In this document: one piece after another, positions 29,063 to 39,037 of the stretch
Layout of the letters: each line of letters begins with the position of its first letter
Position numbering within the stretch: position 1 is the first letter of the stretch
Assembly (NCBI GenBank): GCA_016220095.1
Contig: JACRIJ010000111.1
Coordinates: 27,748-91,747 of the forward strand
Source: Planctomycetota bacterium
GTDB lineage: Bacteria > Planctomycetota > MHYJ01 > JACQXL01 > JACRIJ01
Direction: 5' to 3'
Length of the DNA: 64,000 bases
Made by a program: the position numbers and the translations under genes
The notes under the pieces: model-generated
The model's input: only the letters and a program-made list of their open reading frames with translations
Databases searched by the model: none
Told to the model about the DNA's origin: nothing

Positions 29063-29941
29063 ATGCAAAAATTTTATTTCCTTGATAAATACGCCAAAAC
29101 TCTGCTGATTGTTTGCGTGGCTGTTGCGATAATCGCAGGATTGTTCCTGTTTTCGCCGTACGGCGCGGCCCAGCAAACCGCTACTTACGTAGGAAGCGGC
29201 GACTGCGAGATGTGCCATGAAGACCTGCGCACAAAAATAAAAGACACCTCGCATGAGGCAATCTTTGACAAGGATTTGTTCCCTGAAGAAGATAAGCACG
29301 GATGCGAGGCCTGCCACGGCCCGGGTTCCAACCATGTCCAGGGCCAGGGCGAAGACAACAAGGCGCTTAAAAAAGACATTCACAGCCCGGTCAAGGTAAA
29401 TGCCGCGCTTACTACGGAAAAGTGCGTCAAATGCCATGAAATCCAGCCTGCGAAATGGCAGAACAAAGGCCATTTCACCGATAAAACCGGCTGTATCTCC
29501 TGCCATAAAATCCACATAAAAGACCCGAAAAAGGATTTCATGATACCGCAGGACAGCAAGCTCTGCGCGACCTGCCACCAGAAACAAATTACGGCATTTA
29601 ATAAGAGCAAACACAGTAAAGAGATGACCAAAAACATTGAATGCTTTAACTGCCATAATCCGCACGTGCCCCTGGAAGAACAGAAAATCACGGCTTGCGT
29701 AAAATGCCATGCCGACAAAAAAGGGCCTTTCCTCCACCCGCACGGAGCTGTTGAAAAAAGAGGATGCGGCGGATGCCATAATCCGCATGTGCTTGAAGTT
29801 AAAAAAGAAGACCTGCCGGTCAAGGACCTTATCCCGAACCTCTGTACGAATTGCCATAAAACGCCGCATTTTCCCAAGGGTTGTATAATGTGCCATCAGA
29901 AGCCGCATGGCTCCAATGTGGATGAATTTTTATTAAGGTAA
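29063..29941 (+). CDS. Decaheme cytochrome c, MtrA/DmsE family
   Basis: 10 CxxCH motifs; YVGS..C..CH, GCEACHGPGS.H, KKGPF, C-terminal HGSN....LR. Confidence 0.88.
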   Translation: MQKFYFLDKYAKTLLIVCVAVAIIAGLFLFSPYGAAQQTATYVGSGDCEMCHEDLRTKIKDTSHEAIFDKDLFPEEDKHGCEACHGPGSNHVQGQGEDNKALKKDIHSPVKVNAALTTEKCVKCHEIQPAKWQNKGHFTDKTGCISCHKIHIKDPKKDFMIPQDSKLCATCHQKQITAFNKSKHSKEMTKNIECFNCHNPHVPLEEQKITACVKCHADKKGPFLHPHGAVEKRGCGGCHNPHVLEVKKEDLPVKDLIPNLCTNCHKTPHFPKGCIMCHQKPHGSNVDEFLLR

Positions 29942-29948
29942 GTTTTGT

Positions 29949-31244
29949 ATGTGCATAAAAAAAATACGTAACGGTTTGATTCTAACCGTGTCTGTCGGTC
30001 TGCTCGCTTTTCTGGCTTCAAGCATCTTTTCGGATGAATCCGACCAGCCGAAATATATCGGCAGTGACGATTGCGAGATGTGCCATGATACCATGAAGAC
30101 GGATATCGCCAAAGGCGTGCATGCGTTTATATTTGACAGCAAGGATACGCCGGAAATATACGGGTGCGAGGCCTGCCACGGCCCCGGCGAAAAACACGTG
30201 CAAGGCCAGGGTGAAGACAACGCAGACCTTAAAAAAATAATGATCAATCCCGCCAAGGCAACCGCGGACGTCAGTTCCGCCCAGTGCATGAAATGCCATA
30301 AGGATTTTTTTGACGAACAGGATTGGCTTAACGGCAGGCATATTAAGAATAATATCGGGTGCCCGAAATGCCATAAGATACATGCCTATGACCCCAAAAA
30401 GGACCCCATCAAGGAAGGATATAAGTTCTGCCTCAAAGAATGCCATGACGCGCAGGAAAAGGAATTCGCTAATTCCAAGGCGAAATTCGGGCATAAGATT
30501 CCCAAGGTCGCGAACTGCCTGAGCTGCCACTCCCCGCATTCCAGAATCAACCTGAATACCTCGCGGGAGGCCTGCGTAAAATGCCACGCGGATAAAAAAG
30601 GCCCGTTCAAGTTCAATCACGGCAACGGCCGCATACAGGAATGCACGGTATGCCATTATCCGCACGTCATGGACGAACCTAAAATGCTGAAAAGGAAGGT
30701 GTCGCTTGACCTGATGTACGAAGAGCCGAAGATGGACGACAAAAAGAAAAAGGACCAGGAAAAAAAGGACAAAGATAAACATAAAGAAGGCGAACTTTCC
30801 GAAAGGGACGTAATTACATTCTGCCTGCAATGCCATACACAACACAAGACGGACAATTGCCTCGGATGCCACCAACAGCCCCTGCACGTAGAGCCTCCGA
30901 AACAGGGCATGTGCCAGAGATGCCACGCGGGACACGGTTTTGCAGGATGCCCGACCTGCCACGGCAACCCGCATCCGAACGGCGTTACGCCGCGGGATTG
31001 CAGTAAATGCCACCAGCCGCATACCACGAAAAGCTGTCTGGATTGCCATCCTTTCATGCACGGGTCAAACGATTCAAGGCGATTCTTTGAGCCGACAGTA
31101 TCAATAAAAATTCCGGGCGACGACCTGACGCCGAAACCGCAGTTAGTCAGCAAGAGAAAACAACCGACAGGCGGCACCGGAGGCGCAGGAAGCGGTTCCG
31201 ATAGCAACAAGCCAGAAGGGCCGGGAACGTCAAGCGGCAAATGA
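29949..31244 (+). CDS. Extended MtrA/DmsE-like multiheme cytochrome c (13 CxxCH plus 1 CxxxCH)
   Basis: Paralogous N-terminus (CEMCH, GCEACHGPG.HVQGQGEDN); CLKECH; extra C-terminal hemes; MHGSN. Confidence 0.85.
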   Translation: MCIKKIRNGLILTVSVGLLAFLASSIFSDESDQPKYIGSDDCEMCHDTMKTDIAKGVHAFIFDSKDTPEIYGCEACHGPGEKHVQGQGEDNADLKKIMINPAKATADVSSAQCMKCHKDFFDEQDWLNGRHIKNNIGCPKCHKIHAYDPKKDPIKEGYKFCLKECHDAQEKEFANSKAKFGHKIPKVANCLSCHSPHSRINLNTSREACVKCHADKKGPFKFNHGNGRIQECTVCHYPHVMDEPKMLKRKVSLDLMYEEPKMDDKKKKDQEKKDKDKHKEGELSERDVITFCLQCHTQHKTDNCLGCHQQPLHVEPPKQGMCQRCHAGHGFAGCPTCHGNPHPNGVTPRDCSKCHQPHTTKSCLDCHPFMHGSNDSRRFFEPTVSIKIPGDDLTPKPQLVSKRKQPTGGTGGAGSGSDSNKPEGPGTSSGK

Positions 31245-31495
31245 CGAACGATATCAGTGGCCAGCTGCCAGTGATGAATTAATAATAACGCAATTTGAAA
31301 TTTGAGATTTGAAATCTGATAACGGTATCCGCATGCAACGGCCAGCAATCGGCCGTCAGCAGAACGAAGTATAACCTGGAATAAAATTCCTCAGCATACA
31401 TATCACATCCGGCAGACCCGCCTAACCACTCCCCACTCCTTCGGAGTTGACCGTTTGCATTGAACAACGCTTGAACCACATTGAACTATGCCGTT

Positions 31496-32584
31496 CTATT
31501 TCAACCTGAACGTTCCCGCGGTTTTTTCAAAGATTTCGCTGTATTTGTCAAAATTGCCGTACTTCGCGGCGCCGCTTATCATATATGCCTTTCCGTTTCT
31601 TTCTACCACATACATCATCAGCGTAATCTTGTCTTCGCCGAATCCGTAAGGATATTTAATCCACCTCGCATCCATGCCGCCGATGCTCGTCTTGCCGGAT
31701 GTCACCTCTTCAGGGCTGTCCGAAAGACTGCCGCAGGAATCAATGTTCGCCTGGACATATTCGTCAAACGCCATGCCTTCCGGCATGTATTCGGTTATTA
31801 TCGTAATGTTCTCGCTGAAGGTGTCGCCGTCGCCTTCGGAGGGGCTTATTCCCACCATCTCGGCCCCTGAAGAATCCTCCTCCACCTCCCACCCGTCGGG
31901 AAATTGAATCGTATAGTCTTTTTCAACCGGCGCTACGGGTTCGTCCCCGTACAAATCAAAAGAACTGTCCAATGTAAATGTCATCGCGATTTCTTCAAAT
32001 TGCGCCGCAAATCCGTCAAACGACCCCGGCGTAGCCGAACAAATAATGGAATATCCCACGCCATCCGCGAATAACACGTACATTATCCCCTTAATCTCGA
32101 TTCCTTCTATTGTAAAAGTATAGATAAGCCATTTGGCCGGGTATTCTGAGATCTCAGTGTCCCCTTCCGAAACCGCCTGGAAGTTCTGCGACTGCGCGGC
32201 TATCTCATCTTTCAGCGCCGGCAGGAATTCTTCAAGTGTAACCTCTTCAGACATGTAAACAGCCGTTACACTGACATTTTCCCTGTATCTGTCAGCATTG
32301 TTTTCAAGCGGGCTTAAAGCCTGTACCGCCACGTCACCGGTGGCTTCCGTCTGTTCCCAGCCTTCTGGAAATTCAATGGAAAAACCGAATTCCGCGTCGT
32401 AATAATAGCCGTCTTCAAGCGAATCACCGGCAATTTCCGGCTGTTCCGGCGTCTCCGGCGTTAGAACTTCTTCGGGCGCCGGCGGAGGCGGAGGGGCTGA
32501 AGCCTGCGAGGCGCATGAAGCCAGACCCGCCACTGCTCCTGAAATAATAACCGCCCATATCAATTTTTTCGGCATATGAAACAT
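31496..32584 (-). CDS. Lipoprotein with two PsbP/DcrB (DUF1795)-like domains
   Basis: Lipobox LASC; Pro linker; duplicated F.I.FP.GWE...EN.....F....TF domain. Confidence 0.75.
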   Translation of the reverse strand: MFHMPKKLIWAVIISGAVAGLASCASQASAPPPPPAPEEVLTPETPEQPEIAGDSLEDGYYYDAEFGFSIEFPEGWEQTEATGDVAVQALSPLENNADRYRENVSVTAVYMSEEVTLEEFLPALKDEIAAQSQNFQAVSEGDTEISEYPAKWLIYTFTIEGIEIKGIMYVLFADGVGYSIICSATPGSFDGFAAQFEEIAMTFTLDSSFDLYGDEPVAPVEKDYTIQFPDGWEVEEDSSGAEMVGISPSEGDGDTFSENITIITEYMPEGMAFDEYVQANIDSCGSLSDSPEEVTSGKTSIGGMDARWIKYPYGFGEDKITLMMYVVERNGKAYMISGAAKYGNFDKYSEIFEKTAGTFRLK

Positions 32585-32637
32585 GTAAATTCTCCTTTAA
32601 TAGATTTAACGAATTACGATTGTTTTCTAATTTCTGT

Positions 32638-32665
32638 GAGAGGGCGAATAGCCATTCGCCCCTAC
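32638..32665 (-). repeat. GTAG-type REP palindrome
   Basis: GTAGGGGCGAATGGCTATTCGCCCT on the minus strand; similar at 56021-56047 and 57776-57802. Confidence 0.7.
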
Positions 32666-32683
32666 TCATTTTCGTCCCGTCCT

Positions 32684-33928
32684 TCATTCTTCCTTCTTCA
32701 TACTCTCTTTCACGAACGTCATCATTATAACCGCCGTTACCGTTAATGCAAGGGAAACCGCGAATGGAACTGCCACGTTGTATTTGTCCCACAGCCTGCC
32801 TGCCATGAACGACGCCGGCAACGCGCATAATCCCACGCACATCTGGTAAAATCCCAGGCCGCTCGCCCTGTATTCCGCCGGCACCACTTCGGATACGAAT
32901 GCCTTCTGCACCGGGTCCAGCGCACCTTTATGCAGGCCATACAATATGAAAACAATCACTACCGTCCAAAACCCGGCTCCGTTCACCGACAGATCGCCGT
33001 TCTTCGGCCTGAAAAATACCATAACGACGCATAACAAAATCCAGAACAGGAACCCTATCTGCAAAACCGTTTTCCGGCCTATCTTGTCAGCCAGCTTCCC
33101 GAACGGAAACGACGCTATTGACGCCATGGCCGTAAACGCCAGATAAAGCAGGATTATCGATTCGGTCGCAAACCCGGCCTCCTTCGCATACATCAGCAGG
33201 AACGAATAGCTGAACGCACCGAGCGAGAAAAAAACGCTCAGTGCAAGAAAGAATTTGAAATTCGCGTCAAGATGCCTGTATCTCAAGCCTTTAAAAACTT
33301 TTGTTTCCGACGGCCTATCCTCCCTGACAAACGCCAGTATCATTACCACGCCTATAACGGACGGTATCGCGGCTATCCAGAACAGGTGTTGAAACCCTAT
33401 CTTCGTGCCTACGCCGAAATACTTCACCATTAACAGGCAAATTATAATTCCGCATACGGCGCCGAGATTATCCATCGCGCGAAGGAAACCGAAATTCCTT
33501 CCGCGGTTTTCCTGTGTTGAAACGTCAGCTATCATCGCGTCGCGCGGGGCCCCGCGCATCTTGCCCGCACGGTCAAGGATGCGGAACGGTATCAGATACT
33601 GCCATACCGCGGCAACCGCGTAGCCGACTCGCGATAAGGCGGCAAACATGTATCCAAGCCAGATGAAAAATTTGCGCTTCCTTATGCGGTCGGAAATATA
33701 TCCGGATACGGCCTGGGAAACCGACACTATCGCATCTCCAAGACCGTCAAGAAACCCGAGCCACGTCATGTCAGCGCCGAGACTCTTTACGAAAAGCGGC
33801 CAGATGGGATAAATCATGTCCGAGCCCATGTCGTTCAAGAACGACGCCAGGCCGAAGGTTCTTACGGTACGTTTGGAGTTGTTTCCGGAATTGCCCATAT
33901 TAGATGGCGGTGTTATTGATTCATTCAT
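32684..33928 (-). CDS. MFS transporter
   Basis: About 12 TM segments; SGYISDRIRKRK, DRAGKMRGAPRDA, GKLADKIGRK. Confidence 0.92.
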   Translation of the reverse strand: MNESITPPSNMGNSGNNSKRTVRTFGLASFLNDMGSDMIYPIWPLFVKSLGADMTWLGFLDGLGDAIVSVSQAVSGYISDRIRKRKFFIWLGYMFAALSRVGYAVAAVWQYLIPFRILDRAGKMRGAPRDAMIADVSTQENRGRNFGFLRAMDNLGAVCGIIICLLMVKYFGVGTKIGFQHLFWIAAIPSVIGVVMILAFVREDRPSETKVFKGLRYRHLDANFKFFLALSVFFSLGAFSYSFLLMYAKEAGFATESIILLYLAFTAMASIASFPFGKLADKIGRKTVLQIGFLFWILLCVVMVFFRPKNGDLSVNGAGFWTVVIVFILYGLHKGALDPVQKAFVSEVVPAEYRASGLGFYQMCVGLCALPASFMAGRLWDKYNVAVPFAVSLALTVTAVIMMTFVKESMKKEE

Positions 33929-34070
33929 GTTTTATTCCAAATGCAACATGGCTACAACCACTACGATTTTTGCCACGAAGGCACGAAAGAGTTACGAAAG
34001 AAACGCCGAAATGATTACCTTAAAAATCTCCTGATTTCGTCATGCGTACCGGCAATTGTGAATTCAAATC

Positions 34071-34322
34071 TCATAGTCCTGACAAATGCCTTTTTGCCTG
34101 TTTTGTCGTTAAGAATGATTTTCCTTTTTCACCGGACAATTCCGCTATTTTATTCCATTCGTCTGTGGAAAAAACAGATTCGGCTTCCTTTTCATCCAAG
34201 AATTTTTCCACGGCCTTGGAAATAATCCAGGATTTTGTGCGTTCCGCCTTTTCGCAGAATTCATTCACTCTTTCAAGAAGATTCTTGTCCAGTGTTGTTG
34301 AAATATGTATATAGTTTCTCAT
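34071..34322 (-). CDS. Ribbon-helix-helix (CopG-like) protein, probable orphan antitoxin
   Basis: ISTTLDKNLLERVNEFC...RTKSWIISKAVEKFL. Confidence 0.75.
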   Translation of the reverse strand: MRNYIHISTTLDKNLLERVNEFCEKAERTKSWIISKAVEKFLDEKEAESVFSTDEWNKIAELSGEKGKSFLTTKQAKRHLSGL

Positions 34323-34329
34323 ATATTAC

Positions 34330-37185
34330 CTACCATTTCAATGGTTTTTGCCATGCGTCTTTTAATTCCTTTAATCCGGCATCAACGACGGTTTTGCCGT
34401 CCAGCCCGTTGATTTTCAAGCTGTCTTTTTTGGTTGTCCTGCCTATGTTGCCTACAGGAAGGCCTTTGAAAAATTTCTCAAACATCTTCGCCTTTTCCGG
34501 CGCTACTTCCACTATAAACCTTCCATTGCTTTCGCTGAACAGTATTTCATCGTTCCTGTTCGTACCTTCAACCGGAACTGCCTTCAAATCAATCTGCGCG
34601 CCGAGCCCGCCGGCAAATGCCATCTCCGCTATTGCCACTCCCAGCCCGCCTTCGCTTGCATCATGACAGCTGAGCGCCAGCCCTTCGCCAATCGCGCGCG
34701 ATAATTTTTCCATAACGTCTTTATTAAGACGCGCATCCACCTGCGGAACGTTGTTTCCAATACAGCCATTCAACGCGTAGTAATGCGAACCGCCGAGTTC
34801 CGACCTGGTCATGCCGATTATATATATGAAAGAACCCTCTTTTTTCAAGTCCATGCTTATCGCCTTATCCACGTCCGGCATCACGCATATCGCCGAAATC
34901 AAAAGCGACGGGGGTATTGCGATGGTGCCTTTTTCCGTTGCAAATTCGTTATTCAGGCTGTCCTTGCCGGAGATGAACGGTGTGCAGTAAATTTTCGCGA
35001 TGTCATAACATGCCTGCGATGCCCTTACAAGGCCGCCGAGGCGGTCGGGCTTATTTGTATTGCCCCATGAAAAATTATCCAGCAGAGCGGTCTTTTCAAG
35101 ATTACCGCCCGCGGCTATCACGTTGCGAAGCGCCTCGTCTATGGAAGACGCCGCCATCCAGTACGGGTCTATATCTCCGAATTTCGGGCTCATGCCGTTT
35201 GCCACGATTATGCCCTTTCTGGAACCCAAAACCGGCCTGACTATGCAGGCGTCCGACGGGCCGTATTCGGGGCCGGCCAGGGATTTCATTACGCTCCTTG
35301 CCTGGACTTCGTGGTCATATTGGCGTATTATCCATTCCTTACTGCATATATTATAGGAAGAAAGCAAATTTTTCAGCACGCTGTTATAATTCTTTTGCAA
35401 AGCAATTTTCGGCTCGCTGAACTTCAACGGTTCCCAGACCGCCTTTCTTGACGATTTCGGAACGCCCTTATGCAGGAAGAGCATATCAATATCCGCGACC
35501 TTATTGCCCTGATAATGCAAGACAAGCCGTTTGGTATCCGTAAATTTTCCCAATACGGTAGCCTCTACGTTTTCTTCGTTAAAAATCTGCATTATGGCGT
35601 CAAGTTTTTCCGGAGGCACGGAAATGACCATTCTTTCCTGAGCTTCGGATATCCAGATTTCGGTATAAGAAAGCCCTTCGTATTTCAGAGGCACTTTTGA
35701 GAGTTCCACTTCGGCGCCGAGTTCCTCGCCCATTTCGCCGATTGCCGAAGACAGGCCGCCCGCGCCGCAATCAGTTATGCACGTGTAAAGCCCTTTGTCG
35801 CGCGCCTGCAGGATGGTATCAAGAACTTTTTTTTCCATTATGGCATTGCCTATCTGTACGGCGCCGCTTGAAACGGTTTCAGATTCGTGCGTAAGTTCCA
35901 CAGAAGAAAAAGTCGCGCCGTGTATGCCGTCGCGTCCGGTGCGGCCGCCTGCTACGACAATCAAATCGCCCGCGCGCGAAGCCTTATTAATCTTGTCTTT
36001 CGGCATTACGCCGACGGTGCCGCAATACACGAGAGGATTGCCAGTATAACGTTCGTCAAAGAATACCGCGCCGTTGCACGTAGGTATGCCCATGCGGTTG
36101 CCGTAATCGCGCACGCCGGCAACCACGCCTTTGAGCACGCGTTTGGGGTGCAAAGCGCCTTTGGGGACTTTTTTGTATTCCATATCCGGCAGACCTACGC
36201 AAAAGACGTCCGTATTCATAATAGGTTTTGCGCCCATGCCGCAGCCGAGTATATCCCTGATAACGCCGCCGATACCGGTGCCTGCGCCGCCGTACGGATC
36301 TATGGCGGACGGATGATTGTGCGTTTCAACCTTGAAACAAACAGCGGTATTTTCATCAAATTCAATCACGCCTGCGTTATCCGTAAATACCGACAGGCAC
36401 CAGGGTTTATTGAGTTCCTGCGTAACCTTCATTATAGTGCCTTTAAGCAGGTTCTGGATAGGCGCGCCGTTAAAATCAATATTGCCGGCAAATGTTTTAT
36501 GTTTGCAATGTTCCGACCAGGTCTGTGCGATGGTTTCAAGTTCCGCGTCAGTCGGGTTCCTGTCAAGCGATATAAAATAATTTTGAACGGTCTTCAATTC
36601 TTCAAGATTAAGCGAAAGCGTATATTGTTTATTGAACTCAAGCAATTGTTCGTCTGACGCGCCGAGAAGAGGGACGGTTACAAGCCTGAATTTATACGGT
36701 TTTGATTTAGGAAGTTCTTTGAATTCCTTTTGTCCGAAAAAGAAGTCATCCACGGCCTCATTAGCGAGCGATTTTTTTACGAGGGTTTCAAGGTTTTTGC
36801 TGGAAATCTTACCGGTGACGAGGTATTTCCTGCCGGACTTGACGGCATAGGCCTTCATCCCAAGTTCGGCAATGCCTTTAAGGGCGCTGGCTTCCACGGG
36901 GTCCATGACGCCGGGCTTGCGGAAAATGGAAACCGCATGCGTGGATTTACCGGGATTGCTAAGCGGCCTGTTAACGGAATAAACTTCGGTGACCTTGTCA
37001 ATGAGAAGTTCCTCGGCAACGGTTTTAATCTGAGACTCCGCAATGTCCGCGTCAATAAGGTACAGCCGGAAGGCCTGTACGCGGGAGATGCCTTTAATGT
37101 TAAGGTCATGCGCGTTAAGGATGACGTCATTTCCCGACGGGTCGGGATATTCTTTTTTGTTGGCGATTTCAATGTACCAGAGCAT
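34330..37185 (-). CDS. purL: FGAM synthase PurL with N-terminal PurS-like domains
   Basis: QTWSEHCKHK, KVETHNHPSA, GRTGRDGIHGA, DCGAGGL, QYDHEVQ, SGKDSLNNE. Confidence 0.97.
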   Translation of the reverse strand: MLWYIEIANKKEYPDPSGNDVILNAHDLNIKGISRVQAFRLYLIDADIAESQIKTVAEELLIDKVTEVYSVNRPLSNPGKSTHAVSIFRKPGVMDPVEASALKGIAELGMKAYAVKSGRKYLVTGKISSKNLETLVKKSLANEAVDDFFFGQKEFKELPKSKPYKFRLVTVPLLGASDEQLLEFNKQYTLSLNLEELKTVQNYFISLDRNPTDAELETIAQTWSEHCKHKTFAGNIDFNGAPIQNLLKGTIMKVTQELNKPWCLSVFTDNAGVIEFDENTAVCFKVETHNHPSAIDPYGGAGTGIGGVIRDILGCGMGAKPIMNTDVFCVGLPDMEYKKVPKGALHPKRVLKGVVAGVRDYGNRMGIPTCNGAVFFDERYTGNPLVYCGTVGVMPKDKINKASRAGDLIVVAGGRTGRDGIHGATFSSVELTHESETVSSGAVQIGNAIMEKKVLDTILQARDKGLYTCITDCGAGGLSSAIGEMGEELGAEVELSKVPLKYEGLSYTEIWISEAQERMVISVPPEKLDAIMQIFNEENVEATVLGKFTDTKRLVLHYQGNKVADIDMLFLHKGVPKSSRKAVWEPLKFSEPKIALQKNYNSVLKNLLSSYNICSKEWIIRQYDHEVQARSVMKSLAGPEYGPSDACIVRPVLGSRKGIIVANGMSPKFGDIDPYWMAASSIDEALRNVIAAGGNLEKTALLDNFSWGNTNKPDRLGGLVRASQACYDIAKIYCTPFISGKDSLNNEFATEKGTIAIPPSLLISAICVMPDVDKAISMDLKKEGSFIYIIGMTRSELGGSHYYALNGCIGNNVPQVDARLNKDVMEKLSRAIGEGLALSCHDASEGGLGVAIAEMAFAGGLGAQIDLKAVPVEGTNRNDEILFSESNGRFIVEVAPEKAKMFEKFFKGLPVGNIGRTTKKDSLKINGLDGKTVVDAGLKELKDAWQKPLKW

Positions 37186-37194
37186 AAAGTGGAT

Positions 37195-37365
37195 TCCAAG
37201 ATTAAAGATTACAAGATTGGAAGATTACGCACTTCCAAAGATTCTAAGATTACAAGATTGAGAAGATTACAAGATTACGAAGATTCTAAGATTCGGAAGA
37301 TTACGAAATTCCAACTAATCTTCCCAATCTTCGTAATCTTTTAATCTTCCTAATCTTGCAATCAT
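37195..37365. repeat. AAGATT/AATCTT inverted tandem array (family D)
   Basis: 12 AAGATT cores followed by 5 AATCTT cores, period 7-9 nt; related AATCTT runs at 38518-38595 and 10861-10899. Confidence 0.85.
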
Positions 37366-37658
37366 ATTATTATATAAAAAGTTATGATTTGGTCAAAGGA
37401 AATGCATTTATAACACGTAACCCGTCAGTGACCGGGCAAACACGGAAAATTAACTCTTGCTTTTGGATTTGTTTTTTACTATAATGCCCGGCCTGCGTAA
37501 TAAAGCAGTACGGCATAGCCGCAACCTATAACGCGAAAATGAAAAATGAAGAAGGAAGAATGAAGGACGAATCTACGAAACGAAATTTGCCACGAATAAA
37601 CAATTTACAGTAGCGAGTAGTGAGTAGCGAGGGACGGAACGACGAACGACTACGCCGA

Positions 37659-37837
37659 TTAGCCACAGAGACCACAGAGTACACAGAGATTGACGACAAT
37701 TTTTAAGCGCGTACAAAAGTCAATGGCTGTATTGCCTGTAAACTGTCATCAAACGCTCGTCTTCAGCTTTGACGAGGAGATGGCCAGCTTGACAAAGTCG
37801 TCGTAGCTCTCTGAGTCCTCTGTGCCTCTGTGGCTAA
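37659..37837. mobile_element. MITE-like element with GCCACAGAG terminal inverted repeats; inverted homolog at 54968-55121
   Basis: TTAGCCACAGAG...CTCTGTGGCTAA ends; the interior aligns with the 54968 copy. Confidence 0.6.
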
Positions 37838-37923
37838 ATCCGTATCGTCGTTTCGTTATTCAGTCGTTTAATCTTCTGCGCAAAACACGCGGAAGTTGCG
37901 TAATTAGACTCTAATTGACCGTT

Positions 37924-38475
37924 ATGAAAAACAAAATCAACATCAATAATATATCGGATAAATGCCTCAAGCTGAAAGGCTTTGACGAACGCGGCTGTTT
38001 TGGGTGCGCGTGCCCTGATTCGTGTTGCAGGTTCGGAGCGGACTTTGACGCGGAATCCTACGAACTCGTGATAGCGAACGGTTCAGCAATAGAGCCGCTC
38101 ATAGGACGCAAAGTCAGGGATTGTTTCGGAAAGAAATGGCACAACGACCCTGAATACCTGGGCGGAAAAATGATCAGGAGCCGCAAAGGCCCGGACGATT
38201 TCTGCGCGTTCCATAATCCCTCGGGCAAAGGCTGTGTGTTATACAAATTAGCCATGGAAAAAAAATCGGCCAGAAGAATCATTCCTTCTATATGCAGGGT
38301 ATTTCCATTAACATGGGACAATGGCAGGCTCGTTGTCTATGACGAACACGACGATGGCGCGATACCGCGGACGTGCAACTGCGTAGAACCTTCCAATAAA
38401 ACATTAAAAACCGTCATACAGACCCGGCAGGAAGAATTTGAAGACATCTTCGCATTATACGGATTTCAAATTTAA
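37924..38475 (+). CDS. YkgJ/CxxCxxCC-family Cys-cluster protein (DUF3109-like)
   Basis: CFGCACPDSCC, CAF, GCVLY, PSICRVFP. Confidence 0.75.
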   Translation: MKNKININNISDKCLKLKGFDERGCFGCACPDSCCRFGADFDAESYELVIANGSAIEPLIGRKVRDCFGKKWHNDPEYLGGKMIRSRKGPDDFCAFHNPSGKGCVLYKLAMEKKSARRIIPSICRVFPLTWDNGRLVVYDEHDDGAIPRTCNCVEPSNKTLKTVIQTRQEEFEDIFALYGFQI

Positions 38476-38596
38476 GATCTCAAATCTCAGATTACGAATC
38501 CCGTCTCGCAATGCCGCAATCTTCCAATCTTCGTAATCTTTCAATCTTGGAATCTCTCAATCTTAAAATCTTCTAATCTTAGAATCTTCTAATCCA

Positions 38597-38923
38597 CTAT
38601 ATGAGCAACAATAATCCATTTATTATCAAATCCGTTATACCTTTCGTCAGGCGCTGTGCCCGGGCCTTTGAGGCAACGGACATTTTCAGGGCATGCATTT
38701 CGGTCAAATCCCTCATATCCAACATGTACATTTTGTATTGCCTCTTTGTTATCTTCTTCGCCGCAAGCTGATTCAGATAACGTTCCATTTTAACGCCCTG
38801 CCCGCGGATGAATTCGTCCGAATCGCCCTTTGTTGACGCCACAAGGCCCTTAAGTTCCTCCCTGGCCAACCGGCCCGAGGAATCCTTTATATTGTCTATG
38901 TAGTTATGCCATTTTGATGCCAT
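38597..38923 (-). CDS. Hypothetical helical protein
   Basis: ORF; the upstream extension derives from a repeat module, so the start is placed at MASKW. Confidence 0.55.
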   Translation of the reverse strand: MASKWHNYIDNIKDSSGRLAREELKGLVASTKGDSDEFIRGQGVKMERYLNQLAAKKITKRQYKMYMLDMRDLTEMHALKMSVASKARAQRLTKGITDLIINGLLLLI

Positions 38924-39037
38924 ATTTTCCCATGTCTTCAATTTGATATTTTCAGTTTTCAATTTACAATATCGTTCGTCGTTTCCCCTGCTCCCCCATT
39001 CACCTGCTCAACTGTTCTTCGTCCCGTCCTTCATTCT

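Noticed and set aside
29015-31348. Long antisense ORFs over the cytochromes (also 6036-7082, 35887-36657, 40676-41404, 56497-57273)
   Set aside because: Shadow ORFs of well-supported genes, with no motifs
37195-37365. Possible CRISPR array
   Set aside because: Units are 7-9 nt with no unique spacers, and there are no cas genes
37690-37806. Mirror (reverse, not complemented) reading gives a protein-like peptide with apparent synonymous changes versus the 54968 copy
   Set aside because: Third-position degeneracy is shared between a sequence and its complement, so the normal strand explains it equally well; no known mechanism
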